Part shown: piece after piece, positions 18,942 to 27,970 of the stretch | Layout: every line of letters begins with the position of its first letter | How positions within the stretch are numbered: position 1 is the first letter of the stretch | DNA from: a virus | Taxonomy: Duplodnaviria; Caudoviricetes | IMG/VR virus record: IMGVR_UViG_638276483_000001 | Span: 32,001-96,000 of that record | Reading direction: 5' to 3' (one strand) | Length of the DNA: 64,000 bases | Translations under genes and position numbers: made by a program | Notes under the pieces: generated by a model | What the model was told of the DNA's origin: nothing | Database searches by the model: none | What the model saw: only the letters and a program-made list of their open reading frames with translations

Positions 18942-19219
18942 GTCTCGCTCCATCCCGACACCCAGCGGGCAGCTGTGCGGTCACCGATCCATCCAGGCGG
19001 GAGAATCCACCCCTCGCGGGCGGGAACGGTTTCACGGGTGAGTCCTCCGAGGGCTTTATCAACCTCAGAAGCCACATGCGCGGTGTGTACGCCGTCGCCT
19101 GCCGCCGACCACCCGCAGATGCAGTACTCGGCGCGCACCATGTCGAACCCCACGTCTGCGCCGTTGTACGCGTGCGCATCGATCACCTCGATCATGAGGT
19201 TTTGGGCTTCGCTGCTCAC
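18938..19219 (-). CDS. Hypothetical protein, paralog of 19367-19648
   Basis: HVASEVDKALGGLTRET. Confidence 0.65.
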   Translation of the reverse strand: MSSEAQNLMIEVIDAHAYNGADVGFDMVRAEYCICGWSAAGDGVHTAHVASEVDKALGGLTRETVPAREGWILPPGWIGDRTAARWVSGWSET

Positions 19220-19366
19220 GCTTCCTCCCCAACCAATTTGCGCAGACGCTCAACCTCGGCTACCAATTCGGCGAGCAGCCGGTAGGACCGGCCCGGTGCG
19301 ACCGCGACCCGAGACCCCTTCGCCACTTCGTAGTCGACCAGCGCAGCCTTGGCGCGCTCAACAACA

Positions 19367-19648
19367 TCACTCATCAGGTATCTCCATCCAGTGGGTAACG
19401 AATCGGGTTGCAGGCTCTGGCACGCCCAGCTCGAAGATGCTCTCGATTACGCGGGTTTCCCGCCTGAGTCCTCCGAGGGCTCTGTCGATCTCGGCGGCGA
19501 CGTGGGCCTCGAAATCGTCGAGCGAACCGTCGCGGAAATCACATTCACCCACCCGCGTACCCTGGCAGCGGGAGTGTCCAGTTTCCAGGTTTAACGTCCG
19601 CCGGTGTCGGCGCTGAACCGCGATCATGATCTTCTGCGCGTCGCTCAT
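19367..19648 (-). CDS. Hypothetical protein
   Basis: HVAAEIDRALGGLRRET. Confidence 0.65.
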   Translation of the reverse strand: MSDAQKIMIAVQRRHRRTLNLETGHSRCQGTRVGECDFRDGSLDDFEAHVAAEIDRALGGLRRETRVIESIFELGVPEPATRFVTHWMEIPDE

Positions 19649-19860
19649 TGTTCCCCCTCGGCTACAACCGCAGCCTTCTCCGCATCCAGCACCGCCAACG
19701 TCGCAGGGCTCAACCGAATCCCGTCAGCGACCTTTTGCATGGCTTCAATCGCGGACTGCTTCATCTGCCGACCGCATTCGCAGGTCCATACGCCATCGAC
19801 GACCGACCAGGTGCGCGGCACTTCAAGGCAATCGCACGGAACGCCTTCGACCCAACTCAC
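19645..19860 (-). CDS. Hypothetical Cys-containing protein
   Basis: CDC..CEC; ends AAVVAEGEQ. Confidence 0.6.
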   Translation of the reverse strand: MSWVEGVPCDCLEVPRTWSVVDGVWTCECGRQMKQSAIEAMQKVADGIRLSPATLAVLDAEKAAVVAEGEQ

Positions 19861-20243
19861 TTGTCTTCCCCCTCGGCTACAACCGCAGCAGCGGCGGCAG
19901 CGAGAAGGGCAGCGGCGATGAACCGAGCCTCAATTATGTTCACCGGCTCGAACGGCTCGCCGTTATATGCGATCTGAACCTCGTTCGGGTATCCCCACTG
20001 CGAGATGCCGAACAAGCTGCCCGGGCACCACCAGGCCAATCGGTCAGCTGGGGGGAACTCGTCGTCCTCGTAGCGGGTGGAGTTGGGTTCGGGTAGTTGG
20101 ACTACCGCCACACCAGGAAGAGACAGGAGGGCGTCAGCAAGGATCTCGCCCGGATCAACTCGGCAATCCGACGAGCTACCAACGATCCGGTAGTACGACC
20201 GGCTGAGGGCTTCTGTGAGTACTGCACGCAACTCGTCGCTCAT
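19857..20243 (-). CDS. Hypothetical protein
   Basis: VAVVQLPEP..EARxxAAALLAAA repeat family. Confidence 0.65.
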   Translation of the reverse strand: MSDELRAVLTEALSRSYYRIVGSSSDCRVDPGEILADALLSLPGVAVVQLPEPNSTRYEDDEFPPADRLAWWCPGSLFGISQWGYPNEVQIAYNGEPFEPVNIIEARFIAAALLAAAAAAVVAEGEDK

Positions 20244-20467
20244 CGACCGCTCCGATGAATCTGCGCCGCCCGCGCCTTGGCCTTGTTCAACGTTGTCCAG
20301 TCCCCGCACCACCGCTTCTCCGCGTGCCCGTCGTACAACTCCCAGCGGTTTGATGCCGCGTTCTTCGGGTGCAGTATTTTCCACCGGCCGTCATCGCTTT
20401 CGTAATTGAGATACGGCAGTCTTGAGGGTTCGCGTCGCCAGATGATTGGCATTTTCGGATCGCTCAT
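20240..20467 (-). CDS. Hypothetical protein
   Basis: Operon packing. Confidence 0.6.
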   Translation of the reverse strand: MSDPKMPIIWRREPSRLPYLNYESDDGRWKILHPKNAASNRWELYDGHAEKRWCGDWTTLNKAKARAAQIHRSGR

Positions 20468-20706
20468 TGTTCCCCCTCGGCAGCATCAGCGGCAGCGAGC
20501 AGATCAGCAGCGTGAATGCGCGCCTCGGCCACGTTGACGTGGTTCAACTCCCAGTACTCGGACGGCTGTTCGGGCAGTTCTACTAGGGCGATACGGTTAG
20601 CCCTCAGGGCGGCGATGATGCGCATTGCCACATGCTCATGCGGGGAGTCCGGCCCCCAGCATTCGCGGATCGGCGCGGCGATGGTGTCGAGAATGTGATC
20701 GTTCAT
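20464..20706 (-). CDS. Hypothetical protein
   Basis: RIALVELPE..LLAAA family. Confidence 0.65.
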   Translation of the reverse strand: MNDHILDTIAAPIRECWGPDSPHEHVAMRIIAALRANRIALVELPEQPSEYWELNHVNVAEARIHAADLLAAADAAEGEQ

Positions 20707-21053
20707 TCTTGAATCTCCGCATCCGATGGGGCGAGCGCGGCCAGCAAGCATTGGGCCAGTCGCCGGGCCTGAACGGGGCCGAGGTTCATCTCCATCCACC
20801 CCCACGAGACATTGCATCCCGTGAAAGGCTTTCCGGTCTTCTCTTCAAGCAGGCGCACGCGGTTGACCCGGAAGTCGTCATCGTCGCGATCGACATACCA
20901 TCCGCCGAATTCCCGCTCGGGCAATTCCACTACCGCGATGCGCTCCGCCTCGAATGTCGCGAGGATATTGCGAGCCTCGTCATGGTCGAGCGCGGCAACT
21001 TCTTCGTCATCCGCCAAGGCTTTGGCAATGGTGTCGAGAATTCGGTCGCTCAT
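20703..21053 (-). CDS. Hypothetical protein
   Basis: RIAVVELPE..LLAA family. Confidence 0.65.
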   Translation of the reverse strand: MSDRILDTIAKALADDEEVAALDHDEARNILATFEAERIAVVELPEREFGGWYVDRDDDDFRVNRVRLLEEKTGKPFTGCNVSWGWMEMNLGPVQARRLAQCLLAALAPSDAEIQE

Positions 21054-21250
21054 CACGCCTCCTGGAATTGCTTCTTGAGCCACTCGCGGGCTTCTTCGCG
21101 CTGGACCATCACTCGCCGGCCGATGCGGGCGTACCGCGGTCCGTAGCCCACCTGGCGCCAATACCGCGCCGTGGCGAGCGACACCTGCGCCTCACGGGCG
21201 AAGTCTTCGAGCGTCATGAGGAACGGCTCGTTTGAAGTGTGCTGCTGCAT
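21053..21250 (-). CDS. xis: Excisionase (AlpA/MerR-like HTH recombination directionality factor)
   Basis: MTLEDFAREAQVSLATARYWRQVGYGPRYARIGRRV; divergent from int. Confidence 0.75.
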   Translation of the reverse strand: MQQHTSNEPFLMTLEDFAREAQVSLATARYWRQVGYGPRYARIGRRVMVQREEAREWLKKQFQEA

Positions 21251-21326
21251 GAACCTAACTGTACTTCACTACGGGGCGTTATGGAATGCAGTGCAGTGTT
21301 GAGATTCCTCAACAAAAACGGTTTCC

Positions 21327-21349
21327 CTGCATACGCTGTCCGTATGCAG
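21327..21349. promoter_or_regulatory. Palindrome over the int -10 box and start codon
   Basis: ctgcatacg-ctgtc-cgtatgcag; TACGCT -10 lies 6 nt before the ATG. Confidence 0.6.
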
Positions 21350-22570
21350 AACAGGACCCCGGGGCGGCACGGCGTCGCCGACATGTGGTACCGAGACGAC
21401 GGAACCCCCACCAACCTCGCAACCCCCGGGTCCAGCCCCAAAAGCCCCTCGGGTAGCGGCGCCCGCTGGAGAGCCTGGTACATCGACACCGCGGGCAGGC
21501 AGCGCACCAAGAAGTTCCCCAACAAGAAGGCGGCCGAGCGGTGGGCCGACAAGCAGGCCGGCGACGTCAATGCCGGAGCCTGGGCGGACCCGCAGGCCCA
21601 GAAGGAAACGTTCTCCGTCGTCGCGGAGAAGTGGTACGCCACCAAGTCCAACCGGGAAGCCACCACCAAGCACGGCTACCGCAACATCCTCGACACGATC
21701 GTCCTACCCAAATGGGGCGACACCCCAATCCGCAACATCGACCACGAGAGCCTTCAAGACTGGGTGAACGAGCTGTCAACGACGGGGGAGTACCGCACCA
21801 AGGGGGAGGGCGGCTTCTCGGCCTCTAGGACCATCCAGATCCACCTAGTGGTCAACGGGGTGATGAAGTACGCCCTGCGCACCGACCGCATCCTCAAGAA
21901 CCCCGCAGAGGGCCTGGAGCTGCCCACCAAACGGAAAAACACCCGGCAGCGCTACCTCACCCACAAACAGCTCCAAGAGTTTGCCGCGGAGATGGGCCGC
22001 TTTGAGGGCCTGACGCTCCTCCTGGGCTACTGCGGGGCCCGGACGAGCGAAGCCTTCGGGGCGCGGGGTAGAGACTTCCGTGGGCGCATCTGGGAGCTTT
22101 ACGGGGCCATCGTGAGGAACGTCGAGAAGGACACCAAGACCCACCGGGCCCGATTCATCCCCATCCCCGACGTTGTGTGGAACAAGATCCAGATGCCGGC
22201 CAATCCGGACGCCCTGGTGTTCCCCGGCCGCCGCGGGCACATCACCAACGGCGAGTACCGCTGGGCCTTCGACGGGGCTCTCAGGACGATGCAGGAGCGC
22301 ACAGAGAAGCTACGGGCCGAGGAGATCGCCGAGACCGGCCGGGCCACCACTCCAGCCTTCCCCCGGATCACCCCGCACGACCTCCGGCACACCTGCGCCT
22401 CGCTGGCCATCTCCTCCGGCGCCAACGTCAAGGCGGTCCAGAACCTTCTGGGACACGCCACCGCGGTGATGACTTTGGACCTCTACGGGCATTTGCTTTC
22501 GGACGATTTGGACCGGGTGATGACCGCTCTCAACGAAGCGGCGGCCGCCGCGTCACCTCGCAGTTTGTGA
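21344..22570 (+). CDS. int: Tyrosine integrase
   Basis: R (GARTSE), K, HDLRH, LLGH, Y (LDLYGH); adjacent attP. Confidence 0.95.
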   Translation: MQNRTPGRHGVADMWYRDDGTPTNLATPGSSPKSPSGSGARWRAWYIDTAGRQRTKKFPNKKAAERWADKQAGDVNAGAWADPQAQKETFSVVAEKWYATKSNREATTKHGYRNILDTIVLPKWGDTPIRNIDHESLQDWVNELSTTGEYRTKGEGGFSASRTIQIHLVVNGVMKYALRTDRILKNPAEGLELPTKRKNTRQRYLTHKQLQEFAAEMGRFEGLTLLLGYCGARTSEAFGARGRDFRGRIWELYGAIVRNVEKDTKTHRARFIPIPDVVWNKIQMPANPDALVFPGRRGHITNGEYRWAFDGALRTMQERTEKLRAEEIAETGRATTPAFPRITPHDLRHTCASLAISSGANVKAVQNLLGHATAVMTLDLYGHLLSDDLDRVMTALNEAAAAASPRSL

Positions 22571-22582
22571 TGACTGAAGATG

Positions 22583-22840
22583 GCTCATACGTACCGTTCA
22601 AGCATACTATCTGCATACGGCTGAGATTTGCATACCGTCTCGATCTTGAAAAAGTGCCTCTGACCAGTGCCCTCGGTGAGATTCGAACTCACACTGTACG
22701 GGTTTTGAATTTTTTGATCTGGCGTTTTCTACCTGTGGGATTGCAGATCCGCAACACTATTTCCGCAGGCTGGCATGCGTACGAGCGGTGATTGTTGGCG
22801 GCAGCGTGGTCCCATGGTGCATACGATTTGCATACGGTTG
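22583..22840. repeat. Putative integrase arm-type binding sites in attP
   Basis: (T)GCATAC(G) direct repeats near 22601, 22612, 22629, 22818 and 22829, flanking the core. Confidence 0.6.
22667..22710 (-). mobile_element. attP: attP common core matching the 3' half of a mycobacterial tRNA-Leu(CAA)
   Basis: Minus strand ATTCAAAACCCGTACAGTGTGAGTTCGAATCTCACCGAGGGCAC: CAA anticodon loop, T arm and acceptor 3' strand; no 5' half present. Confidence 0.9.
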
Positions 22841-23022
22841 ACCCGATCCGGGGAGTGGCCGAGCGGGTCTGAGGTCGGCACTCGGGGTGCTGCAGCAAAC
22901 ACTTTGCTGGCCCGCCCCTGCCCTAATAGTTAGCTTGGCTAGGCGGGGCGGAACACTGCTCTCACCCGACCACTTGCGGGCCAGAGGTTGCAAACCCTCA
23001 AACATCTCCCACTGGGGCTACG

Positions 23023-23490
23023 TCAACCCCAGGGATCTTGCTTCACTGGAACAAGCTCTGACGGTCTCTCTAAACCGTCAGCTTCTCTTTGATACTTCAT
23101 AGGCATAGTCGATTTGACGGCATATGAGGGTCTCTTGTATGGAGTCGATCCGACGGCACGTGCCGCGGGTGCGCAGACCCTCCTGGCCCGGTGCATGACG
23201 TACTCGTGTTTGTAGATCCGGTCGCCATGCTTGTACTCGTTGTGGCGGAGCCAGCCGGATTGGATGAGCAGTTTCATGGCGTTCCCGACGCGCTTGCTAT
23301 TCGTCGGCCAGCCGAGCCCGGCGGCGATGCTCCGCTGACTTACATCCCAGCCGTCTTCCAGCGAGAGTAGGTATGCCCCGACCATGCGAGCGTCGGATGT
23401 GAGTTTGCCATCCCGGATGAGCGCCGTCGGGATGACGACGTACCCAGAGTTGGGCATGTCACCCAGTAACTTGAGCGTGGTTCGTTGCAT
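23023..23490 (-). CDS. Winged-helix DNA-binding protein (replication-initiator N-domain-like)
   Basis: YVVIPTALIRDGKLTSDARMVGAYLLS..SQRSIA..MKLLIQSGWL. Confidence 0.7.
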   Translation of the reverse strand: MQRTTLKLLGDMPNSGYVVIPTALIRDGKLTSDARMVGAYLLSLEDGWDVSQRSIAAGLGWPTNSKRVGNAMKLLIQSGWLRHNEYKHGDRIYKHEYVMHRARRVCAPAARAVGSTPYKRPSYAVKSTMPMKYQREADGLERPSELVPVKQDPWG

Positions 23491-23536
23491 GTAACCCATG
23501 GAGCCTCCAATTGCGATGGAACAGTAGCTTCAGCGT

Positions 23537-23549
23537 ACTGTGGTACGAT
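23537..23549 (+). promoter_or_regulatory. Extended -10 promoter, copy 1
   Basis: acTGTGgTACGAT; identical copy at 24088-24100. Confidence 0.55.
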
Positions 23550-23559
23550 TAGGGTTGCA

Positions 23560-24060
23560 ATGCGATCTTGTAGCCGGAAGTGGTGTCAGCGCCCTCAGTG
23601 GCGCGCCTCGGTATGCAAGCGGCACTGGTTTGAGTACGCCGCCAGCCGCTGCGTGGGCGGCACCAAGGCGGATTTGAAACTCATCCTTCTAGAGGAGCAG
23701 GAGCACCGATGCGCCAACCCCGGGTGTCGAGCGCCGCTAGCCGCCGGTCGCGGCGCCCACCTCGATCACGACCACGACTGCTGCGGATCGGGCAAGGCGT
23801 GTGTCGCATGCACTCGAGGGATTTTATGCCCGGCCTGCAACCTCATGCTCGGCAGCGCCAAGGATGACATCGAGCGGCTTCGCGGCGCTATCGAGTACCT
23901 AGAAACCTTCAGGCTGTACGGAAAGCCGATCGCCATCGTGAACCGCGGCAAGCGCGGCAACAGGAGATTCCGCACGCCCCGCGAGCGCCAGGCAATCAAG
24001 GACGCGCTCAGGCCCGAGGGGCAGCTGCCAAGCGAGTGGGAATACCGGCCAGCGCCATAA
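23560..24060 (+). CDS. Endonuclease VII-family HNH nuclease
   Basis: EQEHRCANPGC..HLDHDHDCC..RGILCPACNLMLG..AIEYL. Confidence 0.85.
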   Translation: MRSCSRKWCQRPQWRASVCKRHWFEYAASRCVGGTKADLKLILLEEQEHRCANPGCRAPLAAGRGAHLDHDHDCCGSGKACVACTRGILCPACNLMLGSAKDDIERLRGAIEYLETFRLYGKPIAIVNRGKRGNRRFRTPRERQAIKDALRPEGQLPSEWEYRPAP

Positions 24061-24065
24061 ACCGT

Positions 24066-24100
24066 AGTGTGATCTAGCTAGCATCACACTGTGGTACGAT
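24066..24100 (+). promoter_or_regulatory. Extended -10 promoter, copy 2, with upstream inverted repeat
   Basis: agtgtgat-9nt-atcacact overlapping actgtggtacgat. Confidence 0.55.
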
Positions 24101-24131
24101 CATGGTTGAAACGTACTTTTAAGGAGTTGAA

Positions 24132-24317
24132 ATGAAGATCATCATCGAGATCGACTACGACCCAGACTTGGCCCGCTATCCGGCCGAGGTGACCACCAAG
24201 TTGGAGGCCCTTCTGTTTGAGGTGGCCGCGCTGGAAGCCGGCGACTCGGATATCGGGATGTTTCTCGACAACATGGGTGATATCTACGTGGTGGACGATG
24301 ATGGGAACCGGGTCTAG
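24132..24317 (+). CDS. Small acidic hypothetical protein
   Basis: Strong RBS aaggag. Confidence 0.7.
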   Translation: MKIIIEIDYDPDLARYPAEVTTKLEALLFEVAALEAGDSDIGMFLDNMGDIYVVDDDGNRV

Positions 24318-24724
24318 TGAGGTATACCGACTACGCCATCGACAACGCGATCCAGGTTCTTCAAGGATTGGGGCTCGACGTTCCCGATGAGCTTCTAGAG
24401 CTTCGCCGGCGCGCCCTGACCCTGCAGCGCTGGCTTGAGGCCGAGGCGGACTACAAGCGTAGGGTCAAGGCGTGGCTGGACGCCGAAGAACTCTGGAACA
24501 ACCAGCAGTGGGCCCTCGATAACGTCATGGCCTACCGCGCCGCCAAAGAGGGATGGCTTCGAATGAAGGAAGTCAGCCCGGCGTTTGACGGGCAGGATGA
24601 GTTCGAGAAGCTCGGCATCCGTCTTCAGAATCGGTATGCGCGATTCGCGGTCGGCGCCCTCGAGTCGATCGGCATCTTTGACGAGGATGCCTGGACTTAT
24701 ATCGACGCAGCGGAGTGTCAGTGA
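24317..24724 (+). CDS. Hypothetical helical protein
   Basis: Translationally coupled to the previous gene. Confidence 0.7.
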   Translation: MRYTDYAIDNAIQVLQGLGLDVPDELLELRRRALTLQRWLEAEADYKRRVKAWLDAEELWNNQQWALDNVMAYRAAKEGWLRMKEVSPAFDGQDEFEKLGIRLQNRYARFAVGALESIGIFDEDAWTYIDAAECQ

Positions 24725-24887
24725 TCTATATCCTCGTCCGATCGTTGGCCCCGCTACTCATGCTGCCGTATGGGCAAGTTGTCATTCGGCCGCTGATCGA
24801 CGCCGGGCTTAGTCCGTGGGTGATAGGGACCGCGATGGCCGCCCCCATCGTGGGATTTTTGTTCGGGTGCTTTCGAGAAGGTCGCTC

Positions 24888-25073
24888 ATGAGCTGGCTTA
24901 ACGAACCCTGCCCGCCCCCGGTGAACACAATCCACAACACCGTCAACCGGGTGGAGCTGATCGACCACCGCGAATCCTCCGATAATCGGGGATTGGTTTT
25001 TAGCGCCTGGGATGCGAAGTCTGTCCTGGTGTCTATTCAGGATGACCGGACATTGAAGGTGTTTCTCAGTTGA
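24888..25073 (+). CDS. Hypothetical protein
   Basis: VNRVELIDH..SIQDDRTLKVF. Confidence 0.65.
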   Translation: MSWLNEPCPPPVNTIHNTVNRVELIDHRESSDNRGLVFSAWDAKSVLVSIQDDRTLKVFLS

Positions 25074-25279
25074 CTAGATATTTCTATGTTCCAGGCATGA
25101 TGTACCCGTACTGGATCGTGTCCGAGGATAAGGACTGGCCCCGCCCGGGTGATGCGACGACGGTGGCGATGAATTCGGCCGCGAGCACCGACATGGGCAA
25201 CCTGTACGGGGATGAGTTCTCCCAGCTCTTTCCGCACGCCGTGGAGATCACGAAGGAACAGTACGAGGCGCGCGCATGA
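25070..25279 (+). CDS. Hypothetical protein
   Basis: TTGA overlap. Confidence 0.6.
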   Translation: MTRYFYVPGMMYPYWIVSEDKDWPRPGDATTVAMNSAASTDMGNLYGDEFSQLFPHAVEITKEQYEARA

Positions 25280-25442
25280 GCCCCCTGCAATTCAGCCTCT
25301 TAATGAAGGAGATCACCGAGCGGGCCGACCGGATTCATCGCGCTGGCCGTGAGCAGAATTCTCCCGAGAAGATCGCTCGGGCGCGCGGACTCTACACTGC
25401 CGTGAAGATGATGCGGAATGCGTGGGCGATGGGGGCGGTTGA

Positions 25443-25811
25443 GTGAGCGACTTCCCATACGGAATCTGTCCCGCTCAGGTGGATGGGTTTACTGCCGACG
25501 GGCGCCCTTTCTATTACCGCTGTCGCCATGCCCGCTGGACTATCGCCATAGGCGAGGTGGGCTGGGGAGCGAACTGCCTGTCTTGGCCGGGGAGCTACCG
25601 CGAACGAATCGAGTTCTCCGGTAAAGGTGACTACGCGTCCAAGGTTGAGGTGGACGCCCTTCTGACCGAGCACCTGGGCGAGGGGTGGCGCCAAGCCACG
25701 TGGGAAGAGTGCCTCTTCACCGAGACGTGCAAGTGCGGAAAAGACTTTGAGTCCAGCGGCAGCACGATCTGCACGGAATGCATGGTGAAGAAGTTCCGGG
25801 GAGACGGATGA
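25443..25811 (+). CDS. Hypothetical protein with C-terminal Zn ribbon
   Basis: CPAQVDG..DGRPFYYRCRH; CKC..CTEC. Confidence 0.65.
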   Translation: MSDFPYGICPAQVDGFTADGRPFYYRCRHARWTIAIGEVGWGANCLSWPGSYRERIEFSGKGDYASKVEVDALLTEHLGEGWRQATWEECLFTETCKCGKDFESSGSTICTECMVKKFRGDG

Positions 25812-25998
25812 TCTGGGATTACGCGCTGGACACCGACGACTTCGCCTACACCGCCACAGGCCAGCAGCCCCGAGGTGCCCCCGGGCCGCGGTCTGCGGAG
25901 AGTGTGGAGCCCCCGCCGGCCCGTACTACTCGTTAACGCGTCGAGCTTGATTTGGCAAATATTGCCGCACCCGTAGGTTATGTCCGGTAGCCTGGGCA

Positions 25999-26250
25999 AT
26001 GATGCTACGAGGGGTTTTAGCAGTAGCGATCATGGTGGGGATTAGCGTGGCGGGGGCCGCGCCCGCAGGTGCGGATGGCTGTTCTCGACCGGTCGTGCTA
26101 CTCAACGGTGAAGAAGTGCAGCAGCACCAGCCGACGTTGCGGTGCAACGGCGTGGGTGGTTCATTGGGCGGCGGTGGAGCGCGCCCCAGGGGCCTCCTGG
26201 GCGACTTTCCGATAGTGGGCAACCTACCCGGGCTAGGTGGCATCCTTTAA
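25999..26250 (+). CDS. Small secreted protein
   Basis: Signal peptide ending AGA; GLLGDFPIVGNLPGLGGIL tail. Confidence 0.6.
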   Translation: MMLRGVLAVAIMVGISVAGAAPAGADGCSRPVVLLNGEEVQQHQPTLRCNGVGGSLGGGGARPRGLLGDFPIVGNLPGLGGIL

Positions 26251-26940
26251 GGCTCGCCGCAGCTTGCTGAAGCCCTTCATCTTTTGCTGCCACGAATAGG
26301 CGGCCGCCAGGGCGAAGCCCGCCAGCCACACCGCGGTGCCCATGAGGATCACCCAGTAGGCGCGCTCCCCGCCCCATAGGTTGACGTCGGTCATCATACA
26401 CACGAGGGCGGCCATCTGGCCGAGCTGGGCCAGAAAACCTGCGGCGCAGGGCACCAGGAACAGGATGGCCATGCGCCGCTGCCGCTCATCGCAGACGAGG
26501 ACCAGTAGCGCCAGGATCGCAAACCCTAGAAGGTACGCGGTGGTTGCGGTCATCACCGTGGAATAGATCTCCAGGTACAGCGGGATGCTCCATCGCCGTC
26601 CGTGCAACTCGGCCGTAAACCCTCCGCCGAGGAATAGCGCACCCAGCATGGCGAGCACGCCCACGATCATCGGATTGGCCACCCACCGTCGGACGATGTG
26701 CCAGGTGTCTCCTTCTATGCGGGAGACCGCGGTGGTGGCGATGGCCCCGGCGCCGGCGACGAGGCAGATGTGTCCGGCCACCTGGAGCAGGCCGAGACAA
26801 AAGGTGAGAACGATGCTGAGCCCAAGGAGGGCTACAGCGATGGTGGACGCCAGCTCCCAGCGCAGGGACCAGGTCATCCATCGCACCCGGAGGCTCCAGC
26901 CGAGGCAGGAGAGGGCAGCGATCGTTAGGGCGGTTGTCAT
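26233..26940 (-). CDS. Multi-pass (about 7 TM) membrane protein downstream of the repressor
   Basis: Seven hydrophobic segments; co-oriented with the repressor. Confidence 0.8.
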   Translation of the reverse strand: MTTALTIAALSCLGWSLRVRWMTWSLRWELASTIAVALLGLSIVLTFCLGLLQVAGHICLVAGAGAIATTAVSRIEGDTWHIVRRWVANPMIVGVLAMLGALFLGGGFTAELHGRRWSIPLYLEIYSTVMTATTAYLLGFAILALLVLVCDERQRRMAILFLVPCAAGFLAQLGQMAALVCMMTDVNLWGGERAYWVILMGTAVWLAGFALAAAYSWQQKMKGFSKLRRALKDAT

Positions 26941-27046
26941 GCTTGGCCTTCAGAAAAAAGAAGCGGAACGGTCACGGCCAAGTAAACCCTTTATTAAACA
27001 AGATCAACAGGGGCTTAAGAAGATATTAAGGCCCGTTGCCGAATTG

Positions 27047-27466
27047 TTATATGGGCGGAGCATCCTGACGGGCGCGGAACCTAGCCAGCCTGCCCGTCGT
27101 CTTCCTCGTCGCCACTTTTAAAGAGCTGGGCTCAGTCCTGTCCAGGACCTCTTCCAGCAGCCGCTCGGTCTCCACCATGCCGAGGTCGGGCTCATGCCGC
27201 ACAACGGTGTCGTACTCCTCTTTCCGGCCGTAGCCGGCGGCGGCCATCGCGTCGGGCAGGGTGGAGCCCTCGCCGAACTGGCGCCAGAAGTTCACCACCT
27301 TGTCGGCCGACGGGCGCTTGAAACCCTCGGCCTTGATCCAGTTGCCGACCATCGATCCCGATGCGTCGACCAGTTCGCCGATCTGTTCGTTGGTTAGATC
27401 GCCCCGGTGTGCCTCTAGTTGACGCAGCACGTACCGGGACCATGTCTGCGCGTAATCCTCATCCAT
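27047..27466 (-). CDS. Immunity repressor (XRE HTH)
   Basis: LTNEQIGELVDASGSMVGNW..KRPSADKV..AMAAAGY; divergent from a cro-like gene. Confidence 0.75.
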   Translation of the reverse strand: MDEDYAQTWSRYVLRQLEAHRGDLTNEQIGELVDASGSMVGNWIKAEGFKRPSADKVVNFWRQFGEGSTLPDAMAAAGYGRKEEYDTVVRHEPDLGMVETERLLEEVLDRTEPSSLKVATRKTTGRLARFRARQDAPPI

Positions 27467-27745
27467 GGTGATAACGCTACTCCATCGTATTGAGATGTTG
27501 CAACAGTGTCGATTTAACTGCAGTGCGGATTTCGTAGCCAAAACCGCTGCTCAGGAACTAATCCGTTGTCTCGCAACAATGTAACTCGACGCCCGAAAGC
27601 GTTGCGGCAACGCAACATTTCGAGGCTGGGGCGTTTGCCAACTCCTTGCGCAGGGTAGGGCCATCGCACTACAGTGAAGCGCATCACGAAGTGCAGTTCA
27701 CTTGCACAGCAACACCAGGGCAGTACCTGAAGGGGATGGTGACTG
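27467..27745. promoter_or_regulatory. Lysis/lysogeny switch region
   Basis: Rightward TTGCGC-18nt-TACAGT (27646-27675); several GTTG...CAAC palindromes. Confidence 0.6.
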
Positions 27746-27970
27746 ATGGCTTATTTCCGCGTGAATCACAGGGGTTTTCAAAGCCTCAAGGAGCAGGGCG
27801 TCGCGAAGAGCGATCGGGCGATCGCTCAACTGCTCCAAGTTGATCCCGCAACAATGTCCCGCGTTCTACGAGGGAAGACGGAGCCAACCGGGCGCTTGGT
27901 CGCCGGCGCGGTGGCAGCCCTCGGGCCGAGCTGGCTGGGCATCCTCTTCGACGTTGTGGAAGAGAAGTGA
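27746..27970 (+). CDS. cro: Cro-like XRE HTH protein
   Basis: SDRAIAQLLQVDPATMSRVLRGKTEP. Confidence 0.75.
   Translation: MAYFRVNHRGFQSLKEQGVAKSDRAIAQLLQVDPATMSRVLRGKTEPTGRLVAGAVAALGPSWLGILFDVVEEK

Noticed and set aside
22667-22710. Functional tRNA-Leu gene or prophage boundary
   Set aside because: Only the 3' half of the tRNA is present and phage genes lie on both sides, so this is an intact attP.
24066-24090. CRP-binding site
   Set aside because: The TGTGA and TCACA half-sites are 11 bp apart rather than 6; kept only as a generic inverted repeat.
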